Shown in pieces: positions 1 to 8,746 of a stretch of 64,000 nt of DNA. Made by a program: the position numbers and the translations under genes. The notes under the pieces were generated by a model that ran no database searches, had not been told where the DNA came from, and saw nothing but the letters and a program-made list of their open reading frames with translations. Numbering within the stretch: the first letter of the stretch is position 1; every line of letters starts with the position of its first letter. The stretch spans positions 1 to 64,000 of the forward strand of contig WJMJ01000071.1 in assembly GCA_014728035.1 (NCBI GenBank), in the 5' to 3' direction. This DNA is from Promethearchaeota archaeon (GTDB lineage: Archaea > Asgardarchaeota > Thorarchaeia > Thorarchaeales > Thorarchaeaceae).

Positions 1-282
1 AAACGGTACTGGAACTGGCTCGGTCCTGGTCAGGGATCCTGTGTCTGTAGACCAAATCTCTATTCCAGATCACTCCATATAAACTCCTATCAGATCTTGT
101 CCAACAATGTCCAAGTTTTCAGTAGCTGATTGCTACCCATAACCGCTCACGACCCATACGATATTCATTCAAAAACCATTAGCCCTTAAGATAAATATAA
201 AATAAGCAATCGTTTTAGGTAATATAGAGACATCGGACCAACAAGTCCAACTTTTACTTGGTCCACCTCTTATCGAATATAA

Positions 283-1098
283 TTGAATATGGAGCTGGAA
301 ATTCATTTGGAATTAAAGAAGCACAAGGATGAACTTGCAATCAGAATGAAGATATTAGATGATGTTGCAGATGGTACTCTGGCAAGTGAAATTATCGCCC
401 TCTATGAGACTAAATGTTCTGAGTGTCAAGAAGACAGACTTGCATGTACAGTTCGTCCTTCGTGTGAAGATCGAAACTTCCTAAATGCTTTAATTGAGGT
501 TGGAGTAGAGCCTGAAGATTTACCCAGTTTCTGTTATTCGCAATATCTAGATCAAATTAAACGCTACATTCTTGAACGTAAAGGTCGGACTTTATATGAT
601 CGAAGAGTTCCCATCAAAGATCTTCTATCGACACTACGAGTTAGTTCGATTAAACATTTTCTGACCCGGTTCAAGAAAATCTGGACTGATATGTCGGTTC
701 TCAGAGTGAACAACACCAAGATTGTAATTGGTGATGATTTATTATTTCATTTCGATTTTTCACGTGGAGTTGTTATTGTTAATCCACTGAATCATTTTAT
801 TTCCACGCTTGAAGTATTCAAGATTTATGTGGAAGTATTCTGTGAACATTATGACATAAAGTCTGAACTTATAGATTTCACCTCAAACTGGTGGATTCTG
901 AAGCTGGCGTCTGAGAAACTCAAACCTAAAAAGACTAAGGAGATTGCCAGCAAATTTGATGACGTGTTCGAGGATATTCATGTACTTCAAGATGCTGAAT
1001 ATCAAATTGAGGTGGAGATTGTATCTGATTTGGATGGTGCACGCATCAAAGTTGGAGATATCAAAGAGTTATTCTCCATGGCATCTGGGTCCGATTAG
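283..1098 (+). CDS. hypothetical protein with N-terminal Cys cluster
   Basis: 271-aa ORF, co-oriented with the next gene; CSEC-x6-C-x5-C...C motif; no family recognised. Confidence 0.7.
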   Translation: MNMELEIHLELKKHKDELAIRMKILDDVADGTLASEIIALYETKCSECQEDRLACTVRPSCEDRNFLNALIEVGVEPEDLPSFCYSQYLDQIKRYILERKGRTLYDRRVPIKDLLSTLRVSSIKHFLTRFKKIWTDMSVLRVNNTKIVIGDDLLFHFDFSRGVVIVNPLNHFISTLEVFKIYVEVFCEHYDIKSELIDFTSNWWILKLASEKLKPKKTKEIASKFDDVFEDIHVLQDAEYQIEVEIVSDLDGARIKVGDIKELFSMASGSD

Positions 1099-1153
1099 CT
1101 TAACCCAGCATCTATCGTTTAGAAGTCTAAACTAATCATCCGGTGGTACTAAT

Positions 1154-4100
1154 ATGAGCGGCAATTTATCGACTGAAACAGTCCCTATTTTGAAAACCAA
1201 TTTGGGACTTACAAAAACTGAAGCATCTGTTTTATATCCAATACTTGCTAGTGGGAATCTTACTGCAGAAGGAATCGCACTGCTTCTGGGAGAAAAAACC
1301 TCCAAGGTGAAATCCACCTTGAAGAAGTTAATTGACAAAGGGTATGTTGTTCAATTAGATGGAGTTATTCCTGTTTATCGTGCAATTCCGTTGGACACAA
1401 TGGTCAAGAGTTCCTTGGAAAAGTTATTGGAAGATTTCTCATCTTTACAAGAAACCTCTGAAGAAGTCATTACCCAACAGGAAGAGAATACAAGTAATCT
1501 TGCTCAAAACTTACTAGAAACTCAAAAGGATCGAGATGCGAAAGTTACAGGGATAATGGATGATTACGAAAAAGAAATGGTTACTACTATCCGCAATCAG
1601 GTTGATGAACTAACAAGTTCTGTTGGCAATATTCTTTCTTCCTTCGTAGAGATGTTGGAAACTAGTTTGAAGGAGATAGATACAAGATTAGATGATCGTT
1701 TGGGAGTTCTTTTGTCTGAATTACAAACATCTTTAGATGAGAGTCAAAAACAACTACATGAATCGACTGACGAATTTGCAAATGAGTTTGATGACTGGTT
1801 ATCTGATGAAACCACTACCATGTCCAGTACACTGGATGGCATTGTTGACAAAACCTCTGAATTAACAGAAAATATTCGTATTGCCGTAAACGATGCCTTA
1901 GCTCAATCTGAGGATGCCATTGATGCTGCTTCAAAAGAGATAATCCAAGCTGTAGTTGAGAAATCAACAGATATCTCAAAAGCCAATGTTGAACAAGTGA
2001 ATGAACTTCTTTCAAAATTAAAAGCTAATCTAAGTGAATTTGATAGTATGCTTGGAGAATCTTACCTTGCTGCAAAGGAATCACTAGATAACATGCTTGA
2101 AAGTGCTCGAGATATTCCTCGAGAGCAAGTAGAACATGTTCAACAAGAGATACAGACTGCAATAGATGCAACACAGTCAGTTATTAAAGATGTTGAATCT
2201 TGGAAAAAGGAAGTATCCGGGTTTATGGAAGTAGCAAATCAGTCTGTTACTGCTCAACTAGAACAGGTGTCAGATACTGATGACTCGTATCATGAGGTTA
2301 TTCGAACTTCTCTCAACTCATATTTTGATAAGACGAGTGCATTTCTGGGTGATGAATATACTCAATTGAAAACATTCGCTAAGTCAGTTAATTCTGACTT
2401 TGACGTTCATGTCGGTGAGATTAGAAATGCAGTTTTATTATTGTTGCAAAGTCAACTTGAAGCGGATGATAAACGAATAAAAAAAGATGGTGATACTCTA
2501 AATGCAGACATTGATGATTGGGCAGCCAGGAGCACATCCGAAATTGAAACAAAGTTGGAATCTGTGATTGAGGAGATTAGTCAAGTTCTTGATACGGAAT
2601 CAACGGAATTCAATTCTTTGGTCACCAATATGAATAGCAGATTAAAAACAGCATTCGACAGTATTATTTCTAAATCTTCCAGCCAAAATGAAGCAATACT
2701 TTCCGATGCAAAACTTGTATCTACTGAATTCGAATCTTCACTTGAAACTAAATTTACTGAGATTATCAACGATTTTGCTAAGACCACAAAAACCCAAGTT
2801 GATGTTACCAAGACTCTGTATCAGGAACTTGGCACCACTCTAAATGAAAGACTTGCTCAGAGTGTATCCACCCTTACTGGTCATGCGTCGAGAATACAAA
2901 AGGAAATTGACACAACGATTGAAAATCAGACAGGACGAATTGAACGTCTTGCTAAAGGTATTCAAGAAGAATTCCATGTCAAACTTGAAGAGATAACTAG
3001 GCAATTCATAACTCTGACACAAAGCACAGAATCTTCATTCAATGCGCTTATTTCTAGTCAGACATTAGAAGCAACGGATCTTATTGGTTCTGCTCACTCT
3101 GAATTCAGAAATGCCATCAAAACAGAGATTTCATCATTAGAAGCAGATTCGCTAAAACTCCAAGAAGAATATACAATGAAATTGCAAGGTCGTGTTGATG
3201 AGGTTGCAGAACATGCTGAAGAGATTCGAGAAACTCTCCAAACCGTAAGTTCTGAAAAACGTGAAGGAATTTTGTCCCTCATCAATACAGCTATTGAAAA
3301 TCTTGAAGCATCTATGAATACAACTGAAGAATCTTTGAGGGAAATGAGTACGGGCACGATAAGACAACTGGGAGAGAATCTGACTCAAGTTTCACGTGAA
3401 TTCAATGCATCAATTAATAGCAGCAGGAATACTGTTGTAGATCGAATAGGAAGTGCAAGAGATGAAGCTAAAACTTTCATCACGAAATCTTCTGGAGCTG
3501 TCAAAACAAAAGCAGAGTCATTTCTATCATCACAGAGCGATACTAAACAACGTGTTTTGGCTGAAACTAGCAAAAAACTTGATGCACTTTACAGCTCAAA
3601 AGCTAAAGTTTCTGCTGAACGCTTAGAGAAGTATCAGAGTTCCATTACTGAAGCAGAAACCAAGATAATAGAAGTTCGAAGTAAATCAAAAGAAGACATC
3701 ATAAAAGCTTTGGAAACACGCAAAAATGAAGTGTCTTTAGCCTTTGATGCTGCCTCTGTTTGGGTTGAATCTGCGGTATCGAATGTAGATTCATCTCTAT
3801 CTGCTTTAGGTGATAAGCTAGATAATGAACTTACACTTGTTCAGCAACAACTTACTAAAACTTCAGAAGAAGCAACTGATAACATCATTCAGAAGGGTGA
3901 TGAAACTATAGAAAAACTTGAGGCATTGAGCATTGGTCTATTTGACAAAACTGAATCCAAGCTCCGCTCGCAAGCAAATAATTTCGAATCGATAATGGAA
4001 ACAGCACTAGCAGAGGTTACCGAGTCAATCAGTAAGATTCCTGAACTAGAAGAATCAGGTATCGAAGAAGCTAGTCTTTCAATCAAGAAGAATACAACTG

Positions 4101-5035
4101 AAATACACGCTGAAGTGAATTCGGAATTGAATGGATATCTCCAAGAATACGCACTATCCTTAAAATCAGTTCATGAAGAAGTCACAAATCTTATTGACCG
4201 AACCATAACCAAATTGAAATCTAATTCTGGAGATCTCATTGATAAGACACGTCAAAGTGTAGTTGTGGCAAATCAACAGGCTTCTAGAAAGTTTGAATCA
4301 CTTGGTGTGGAATTGAAAACAGATGTAAGTACAAAATCCTATGAACTTATGGAATCTATTAGGGGTGATGTTGCAACTAAAAATATTGGATTGAATGATA
4401 CTGTTGCATCTGTGAACACTACTCTGACAGAGTCTACATCTGAACTCAGACAGACCAGCTCAGAAGTGTTTACTTCAGTAAGCATAGAACTCGACAAATC
4501 TGTAAGACGATGGGTCACAAATCTGGAAAAGCAATATACTGATTTTCAGAAAAATCTAGAAGAATCCTTTGAAGGGGTAAAATCGGTCACTGAGAAGTCA
4601 ATTGAGAGCTTGGAAGCAATTCAGAAAGCAAGCCAAGAACTTATTTCCCAACCTAGCAAAACGTGGTATCTAAAGGGTCAAGATGCAATCAGTGCACAAA
4701 TTATCGCATTAGCACAAGAGTCAGAAGATTCTATTGTAATTGCTTGTCCTAATCCTGAAAACTTGGATTTGAAGAAACTATCTAAGGTTACTAAGCCTCG
4801 TAGAAAGCTATTGATTGTACCTGCAAATGATGATGATGAACCAAGTGTCGAAGATTTACCCGGCTGGAGAGTAATATCTTCCAAGAATGCAATATTGATG
4901 GCGGTAGCCGATAACAGGGTTATACTTTTGGGTTCAAGTTCTGATGATGCTTTTGGAATTTTGTCAACGGATTCCTCCTATCTGGACTTGTATCATGATA
5001 TCCTTGGACCTCAACTGATACGCCCAACAAAATAG
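1154..5035 (+). CDS. giant TrmB-family protein: N-terminal wHTH, ~1100-aa helical repeat region, C-terminal TrmB effector-like domain
   Basis: N-term LGLTKTEASVLY...LKKLIDKGYV...VYRAIP fits TrmB HTH; C-term TWYLKGQDAISAQIIALAQESEDSIVIACP fits the TrmB middle/effector domain; Pro-poor amphipathic centre. Confidence 0.75.
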   Translation: MSGNLSTETVPILKTNLGLTKTEASVLYPILASGNLTAEGIALLLGEKTSKVKSTLKKLIDKGYVVQLDGVIPVYRAIPLDTMVKSSLEKLLEDFSSLQETSEEVITQQEENTSNLAQNLLETQKDRDAKVTGIMDDYEKEMVTTIRNQVDELTSSVGNILSSFVEMLETSLKEIDTRLDDRLGVLLSELQTSLDESQKQLHESTDEFANEFDDWLSDETTTMSSTLDGIVDKTSELTENIRIAVNDALAQSEDAIDAASKEIIQAVVEKSTDISKANVEQVNELLSKLKANLSEFDSMLGESYLAAKESLDNMLESARDIPREQVEHVQQEIQTAIDATQSVIKDVESWKKEVSGFMEVANQSVTAQLEQVSDTDDSYHEVIRTSLNSYFDKTSAFLGDEYTQLKTFAKSVNSDFDVHVGEIRNAVLLLLQSQLEADDKRIKKDGDTLNADIDDWAARSTSEIETKLESVIEEISQVLDTESTEFNSLVTNMNSRLKTAFDSIISKSSSQNEAILSDAKLVSTEFESSLETKFTEIINDFAKTTKTQVDVTKTLYQELGTTLNERLAQSVSTLTGHASRIQKEIDTTIENQTGRIERLAKGIQEEFHVKLEEITRQFITLTQSTESSFNALISSQTLEATDLIGSAHSEFRNAIKTEISSLEADSLKLQEEYTMKLQGRVDEVAEHAEEIRETLQTVSSEKREGILSLINTAIENLEASMNTTEESLREMSTGTIRQLGENLTQVSREFNASINSSRNTVVDRIGSARDEAKTFITKSSGAVKTKAESFLSSQSDTKQRVLAETSKKLDALYSSKAKVSAERLEKYQSSITEAETKIIEVRSKSKEDIIKALETRKNEVSLAFDAASVWVESAVSNVDSSLSALGDKLDNELTLVQQQLTKTSEEATDNIIQKGDETIEKLEALSIGLFDKTESKLRSQANNFESIMETALAEVTESISKIPELEESGIEEASLSIKKNTTEIHAEVNSELNGYLQEYALSLKSVHEEVTNLIDRTITKLKSNSGDLIDKTRQSVVVANQQASRKFESLGVELKTDVSTKSYELMESIRGDVATKNIGLNDTVASVNTTLTESTSELRQTSSEVFTSVSIELDKSVRRWVTNLEKQYTDFQKNLEESFEGVKSVTEKSIESLEAIQKASQELISQPSKTWYLKGQDAISAQIIALAQESEDSIVIACPNPENLDLKKLSKVTKPRRKLLIVPANDDDEPSVEDLPGWRVISSKNAILMAVADNRVILLGSSSDDAFGILSTDSSYLDLYHDILGPQLIRPTK

Positions 5036-5038
5036 AAT

Positions 5039-5503
5039 TTACAAACTAAGATAGTAGAGGATTGCATCTTCTTGTTCGTAGTAGTCCTCTATCCTTTCCT
5101 TTTTTTTCATTCCAATCTTTTCATATAGTTTTTGAGCTGACAAGTTACTCTCTCTTACTTCCAATACACAGAACAACATTTTACCAGCTCGCATCATATC
5201 TAGTGCATATCTCAGTAGTTTTTCTCCCCATCCTCGTCTGCGGTATTCCTCAGAAACCGCCAAATTCATGATATGTCCTTTTTTGGCAATCTTGTTTTCT
5301 TCCCATACAATATAACCTACTAGTTTGTGTTCGGACTCCAATACTCGCATCAATAATACGCGATGATTCTGAAATCTTATTTTTCCACCCCATGTAGCAA
5401 TAGCTTCAAAGATTGACTTGTTCCATGGAGTAGGAAAGTTTCGGCATTCTATTTCATATACCAGTTGAACATCTGATAGGACAATAGGCCGAATCACGCA
5501 CAA
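5039..5503 (-). CDS. rimI: RimI/Ard1-like N-acetyltransferase
   Basis: IECRNFPTPW, GHIMNLAVSEEYRRRGWG, LEVRESNLSAQKLYEKIG, YY...EDA motifs. Confidence 0.9.
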   Translation of the reverse strand: MCVIRPIVLSDVQLVYEIECRNFPTPWNKSIFEAIATWGGKIRFQNHRVLLMRVLESEHKLVGYIVWEENKIAKKGHIMNLAVSEEYRRRGWGEKLLRYALDMMRAGKMLFCVLEVRESNLSAQKLYEKIGMKKKERIEDYYEQEDAILYYLSL

Positions 5504-5531
5504 CTTGTATATCCTCGCAATATTCTATCTA

Positions 5532-5882
5532 TTACTCTGGAAGAACAGGGCTACCGCAAACTTGGCAAAATGAAGCATTAGTTGGAATTGCAGAACCGCA
5601 GTTATCACATTTTTTATCTGTTCTGAGATAGATGCTACCATCTTGAGTTGTTTTATGTGGATAATTACCAATTCGAGAAAAACCTCCGAGTAACAACCAA
5701 ACCATCAGACCAACCACCAAGAGAAAAACCCAAACTCCAATATCGCTACCACTCCCTATGAAAAAGAAAGGGAAAATAAAGTAGAAGGTTTCGAATTCTG
5801 TTACGTTTGACAGAAGTAGTATTGATAGTCCAATAAATACCAGAACCATTCCTACAATAATTTTATAGACCGGCTCTTTCAA
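5532..5882 (-). CDS. membrane protein with C-terminal zinc ribbon
   Basis: 2-3 hydrophobic segments then CDNCG...ASFCQVCG. Confidence 0.8.
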   Translation of the reverse strand: MKEPVYKIIVGMVLVFIGLSILLLSNVTEFETFYFIFPFFFIGSGSDIGVWVFLLVVGLMVWLLLGGFSRIGNYPHKTTQDGSIYLRTDKKCDNCGSAIPTNASFCQVCGSPVLPE

Positions 5883-5896
5883 TTAGTGAACTTCCC

Positions 5897-6241
5897 TTAG
5901 AGCATATCTCTTTCTCTCAACTGTGACACTATTTTTTCGTATCTTTCGTTGTCACTTATCATTAGATTGACTGCTTGTTCCTGAGAATGGGATCCAGGGA
6001 CTAATGAAACATGAATCTTCTCTTCTGGATATACTTCTGAGAGTCTATGGCGAATAAGAATTCCTATGAGGCCTCCCATTGGACAATATGGAACGGTTGG
6101 TTTGAATTGAACCTTGATACCATCATCAATTGAAATGAATTCTTTTTTCACAATTCCCATTTTTGGGTCTGTGATACTCACCGGATGTTCAGGGTCCATT
6201 ACAGGCTTTAATGCCTCAAAAACATCGTCAACTGTTGCCAT
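5897..6241 (-). CDS. DUF59 / MIP18 (FAM96/CIA2)-like Fe-S cluster assembly protein
   Basis: DPEHP, FKPTVPYCPMGGLIG, PGSHSQEQAVN motifs. Confidence 0.85.
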   Translation of the reverse strand: MATVDDVFEALKPVMDPEHPVSITDPKMGIVKKEFISIDDGIKVQFKPTVPYCPMGGLIGILIRHRLSEVYPEEKIHVSLVPGSHSQEQAVNLMISDNERYEKIVSQLRERDML

Positions 6242-6382
6242 TTATCTCGCCTGAGGAACCATTCGCTAAGTTGCACTTATTAATATGTAGTCTTGACAAA
6301 CCAATAAAGCACATAAGACATATCTATCAGTGTGATTCTAATAATTTAGAGTTAAACCTCTTACAAAATAGGAGAAAGTAAG

Positions 6383-6820
6383 ATGTCGCCAAATAAGGAT
6401 AGAAAAGGTCAGAGATTTCTGTTTAAGATCTCTTTGATGGGTCCTGATGAATCGCTCCTTGAAGAAGTTGTCCGAATTTTCAACAAAGACCTCGTATCAA
6501 TTGATGGCATAAGTATTGGGTCTGTAAAGCGAGAGAGTCATGGAGCTGATGTGAAGGCGGTTTTCATGTTTTCAAAGCACTCAGCATTGGATATCTTACT
6601 GACTTTAGCATATACTGGAGCACATGGGGCAATGATTGTTTTGGAATCTCCGAATCCTGAACTAGAATCTGAATATCGAAATAGAGTTCGGGAGAATATT
6701 GGTACAGTTCCATGTAGATTGCTTGTTTTAGATTCTCCTCTTGATAAGGAGGAGAGTAAGCGAATTATCGATGCTTTTGAGAATCTCGTAGAAGAGTTAC
6801 TTGAAGCTCGTAGTGTATAG
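6383..6820 (+). CDS. degenerate Rab/Ras-like small-GTPase-fold protein
   Basis: FLFKISLMG (beta1) and YTGAHGAMIV resemble Rab motifs; no GxxxxGKS, DxxG or NKxD. Confidence 0.55.
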   Translation: MSPNKDRKGQRFLFKISLMGPDESLLEEVVRIFNKDLVSIDGISIGSVKRESHGADVKAVFMFSKHSALDILLTLAYTGAHGAMIVLESPNPELESEYRNRVRENIGTVPCRLLVLDSPLDKEESKRIIDAFENLVEELLEARSV

Positions 6821-6825
6821 CAAAT

Positions 6826-7941
6826 ATGGCGGTGTGTAATGCAAAGGCTTTTCTCATAATTACACCTAGCTCTTTTCAGGTGTCACCATTGAGTTCGGAT
6901 AAGGACGAGAAATATTGGTTAGGTGTTCGTGACGCGTTAAGAATGGTTGATAGCTTTCTAAAGTGGTCACGACGCAATCCTGAACAAGCAAAATCTTTGG
7001 ATGATTTCATATCAGATGGTTTGATAGCTGCGGCAAAAAGATGTGAGAAGTGTCTCAGTGAGAAATTAGGTGTTGGTTTCAAAGACGGTTCAAAGTTTGA
7101 TGAAAAAGAAACATCTGATGAATTATTCGATTCTGATCCAGAATCCTCAGAATATTCTACTAGTCCCCCCTCTCGTGAATCACCCATAGAGCCAACCCAT
7201 GGCTCATCGTATTCAGAGGAGGATTATGAAGCTGAAGAATTTGAGATTCCAACTGAATCAAGAGAACCTATTGAGTCTGAAGTTTCAGTTGAGTCTGAAA
7301 CTGATGATATTGAACCAGTATCAGTTGAATCATTGGGTCGCTCTGAACAATCCGAAACTGACGATTATGCATTCAGTACACCAAGACATTTTGAGGAAGA
7401 TTTTGAACTAGTTGAACCAAGTCCGTTAGGCGTAGAATCACTTCGTTCTGAATCCGAACTGCCTCCTATTCCTTCAACAAAAGAGGAAATAGATGATACA
7501 ATGAGTGAAGATATTCCTTCAGCTCGATTTGAACGTTCACCTGTTCCTGAAAGCCGAACACCTTCTCCGGAAATCTCTGAACGTAGTGTGTCCTCAGAAA
7601 CGGAATCCCCATCGAGACCATCAGAAGGACCAGAATTCACATGGCGTGAATATGAAGAAACCATTGCACCCTCCGAAACTGAAGAATCAATTGAATCTTC
7701 AGAATCAGAAGATGAAGAATTAGAAGATGAAGAGCTGGAATCAAAATCGACACGTGTCTGGAGTCCTTATGATGAACCTTCTATGCCGGATGAAAAAACC
7801 GAGGAATCTGATGAGGATGAGACTGAAGAAGAAACAAAATCAGAGGAAAAAGCTAGTCCCCCACCACCACCACCGCCGCCAGATGATCAAAGTGATGAGG
7901 AACGAAAGAGAAGGGCGAAGCGATTATTCTTTGGAGCTTGA
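6826..7941 (+). CDS. acidic low-complexity protein with poly-Pro tract and basic C-terminus
   Basis: short helical N-domain, E/S/P/D-rich region, P8 tract, ends EERKRRAKRLFFGA; true start may be GTG/TTG near 6880-6889. Confidence 0.75.
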   Translation: MAVCNAKAFLIITPSSFQVSPLSSDKDEKYWLGVRDALRMVDSFLKWSRRNPEQAKSLDDFISDGLIAAAKRCEKCLSEKLGVGFKDGSKFDEKETSDELFDSDPESSEYSTSPPSRESPIEPTHGSSYSEEDYEAEEFEIPTESREPIESEVSVESETDDIEPVSVESLGRSEQSETDDYAFSTPRHFEEDFELVEPSPLGVESLRSESELPPIPSTKEEIDDTMSEDIPSARFERSPVPESRTPSPEISERSVSSETESPSRPSEGPEFTWREYEETIAPSETEESIESSESEDEELEDEELESKSTRVWSPYDEPSMPDEKTEESDEDETEEETKSEEKASPPPPPPPPDDQSDEERKRRAKRLFFGA

Positions 7942-8691
7942 AGCTCCACAGACTTCGCAGTTCTCATTTTTTTGAATCTCGAAAATGTCAAACGCAATAG
8001 AGTTAATATCAATAGATAATAGTTTGTTGAAGAGATTTGGCTTCTTTTTTGTGGCTATCAATACTGCTTCTCGTACCTGAATACTTGTAACTATTGGAAG
8101 TATTTCAGGAGTTATCCCTATAGAAGCAGCGGTCATTTCTGAATTATCTTTTGCATCACCCATTACGCAGTTCAGGCAGCCAGTTGAGCAAGGTAGAAAT
8201 GTTGTTGTATTAGCATAATATTCAACAGCACCTGCAAAGACATAGGGCTTTTTCTTTTCTATACTATATTCATTGACTATTCTTCTAGCCTTGAATGAAT
8301 CAAGTCCATCTATGATGATATCTACATCTCTTAGAATATCTGTAATGTTGTTGGATTGAATTGCCACATCGTAAGTTTCTATCTCAACTTGTGGATTCAA
8401 TTTCTGTAGATTGATTGAGGCAGCTTCAACCTTTTTTTTCCCCACATCTTCAGTATTGAAAAGTAACTGCCGTTGAATATTTGAAAGTTCAACTATATCC
8501 GGATCCACAAGAATCAATTTTTTGAAACCCATTGCTGCAAGAAGTCTTGATGATGAACTACCTAATCCTCCAACACCAATAACTCCAATATTTGTACTAT
8601 TTATGAGCTCCATATCTTCTTCATGGACATCAGTCAGGCGCAGAAATCGTGAATATCGATCTTTTTGTTCATCTGATAGCGGCATATCCAT
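7924..8691 (-). CDS. ThiF/MoeB/HesA family E1-like adenylyltransferase
   Basis: RYSR, GVGGLGS, DPDIVELSNIQRQLLF, GKKKVE, CLNC and CEVC Zn motifs. Confidence 0.9.
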   Translation of the reverse strand: MDMPLSDEQKDRYSRFLRLTDVHEEDMELINSTNIGVIGVGGLGSSSSRLLAAMGFKKLILVDPDIVELSNIQRQLLFNTEDVGKKKVEAASINLQKLNPQVEIETYDVAIQSNNITDILRDVDIIIDGLDSFKARRIVNEYSIEKKKPYVFAGAVEYYANTTTFLPCSTGCLNCVMGDAKDNSEMTAASIGITPEILPIVTSIQVREAVLIATKKKPNLFNKLLSIDINSIAFDIFEIQKNENCEVCGASSSKE

Positions 8692-8746
8692 CCTTTCTTA
8701 ATAGATATAGAGTGTGACTTAAAGCCTTGGAAATTTTCTGATACTC

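Noticed and set aside
1-170. Possible truncated minus-strand gene, including frames interrupted by single TGA codons (Sec readthrough idea)
   Set aside because: No recognisable protein motif, SECIS or redox context; too little sequence to call.
1815-4884. Many short antisense ORFs within the 1293-aa gene (and similar shadow ORFs throughout the track)
   Set aside because: They overlap well-supported genes on the opposite strand or frame and have no motifs; they are codon-bias shadows.
1154-5035. SMC/Rad50, chemoreceptor or phage tape-measure interpretation
   Set aside because: No Walker A/B, hinge or hook, no TM or MCP hairpin signature, no phage genes nearby; termini are TrmB-like.
7858-7881. 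(CCA)n microsatellite
   Set aside because: It is the coding poly-Pro tract with mixed codons, not an independent repeat element.
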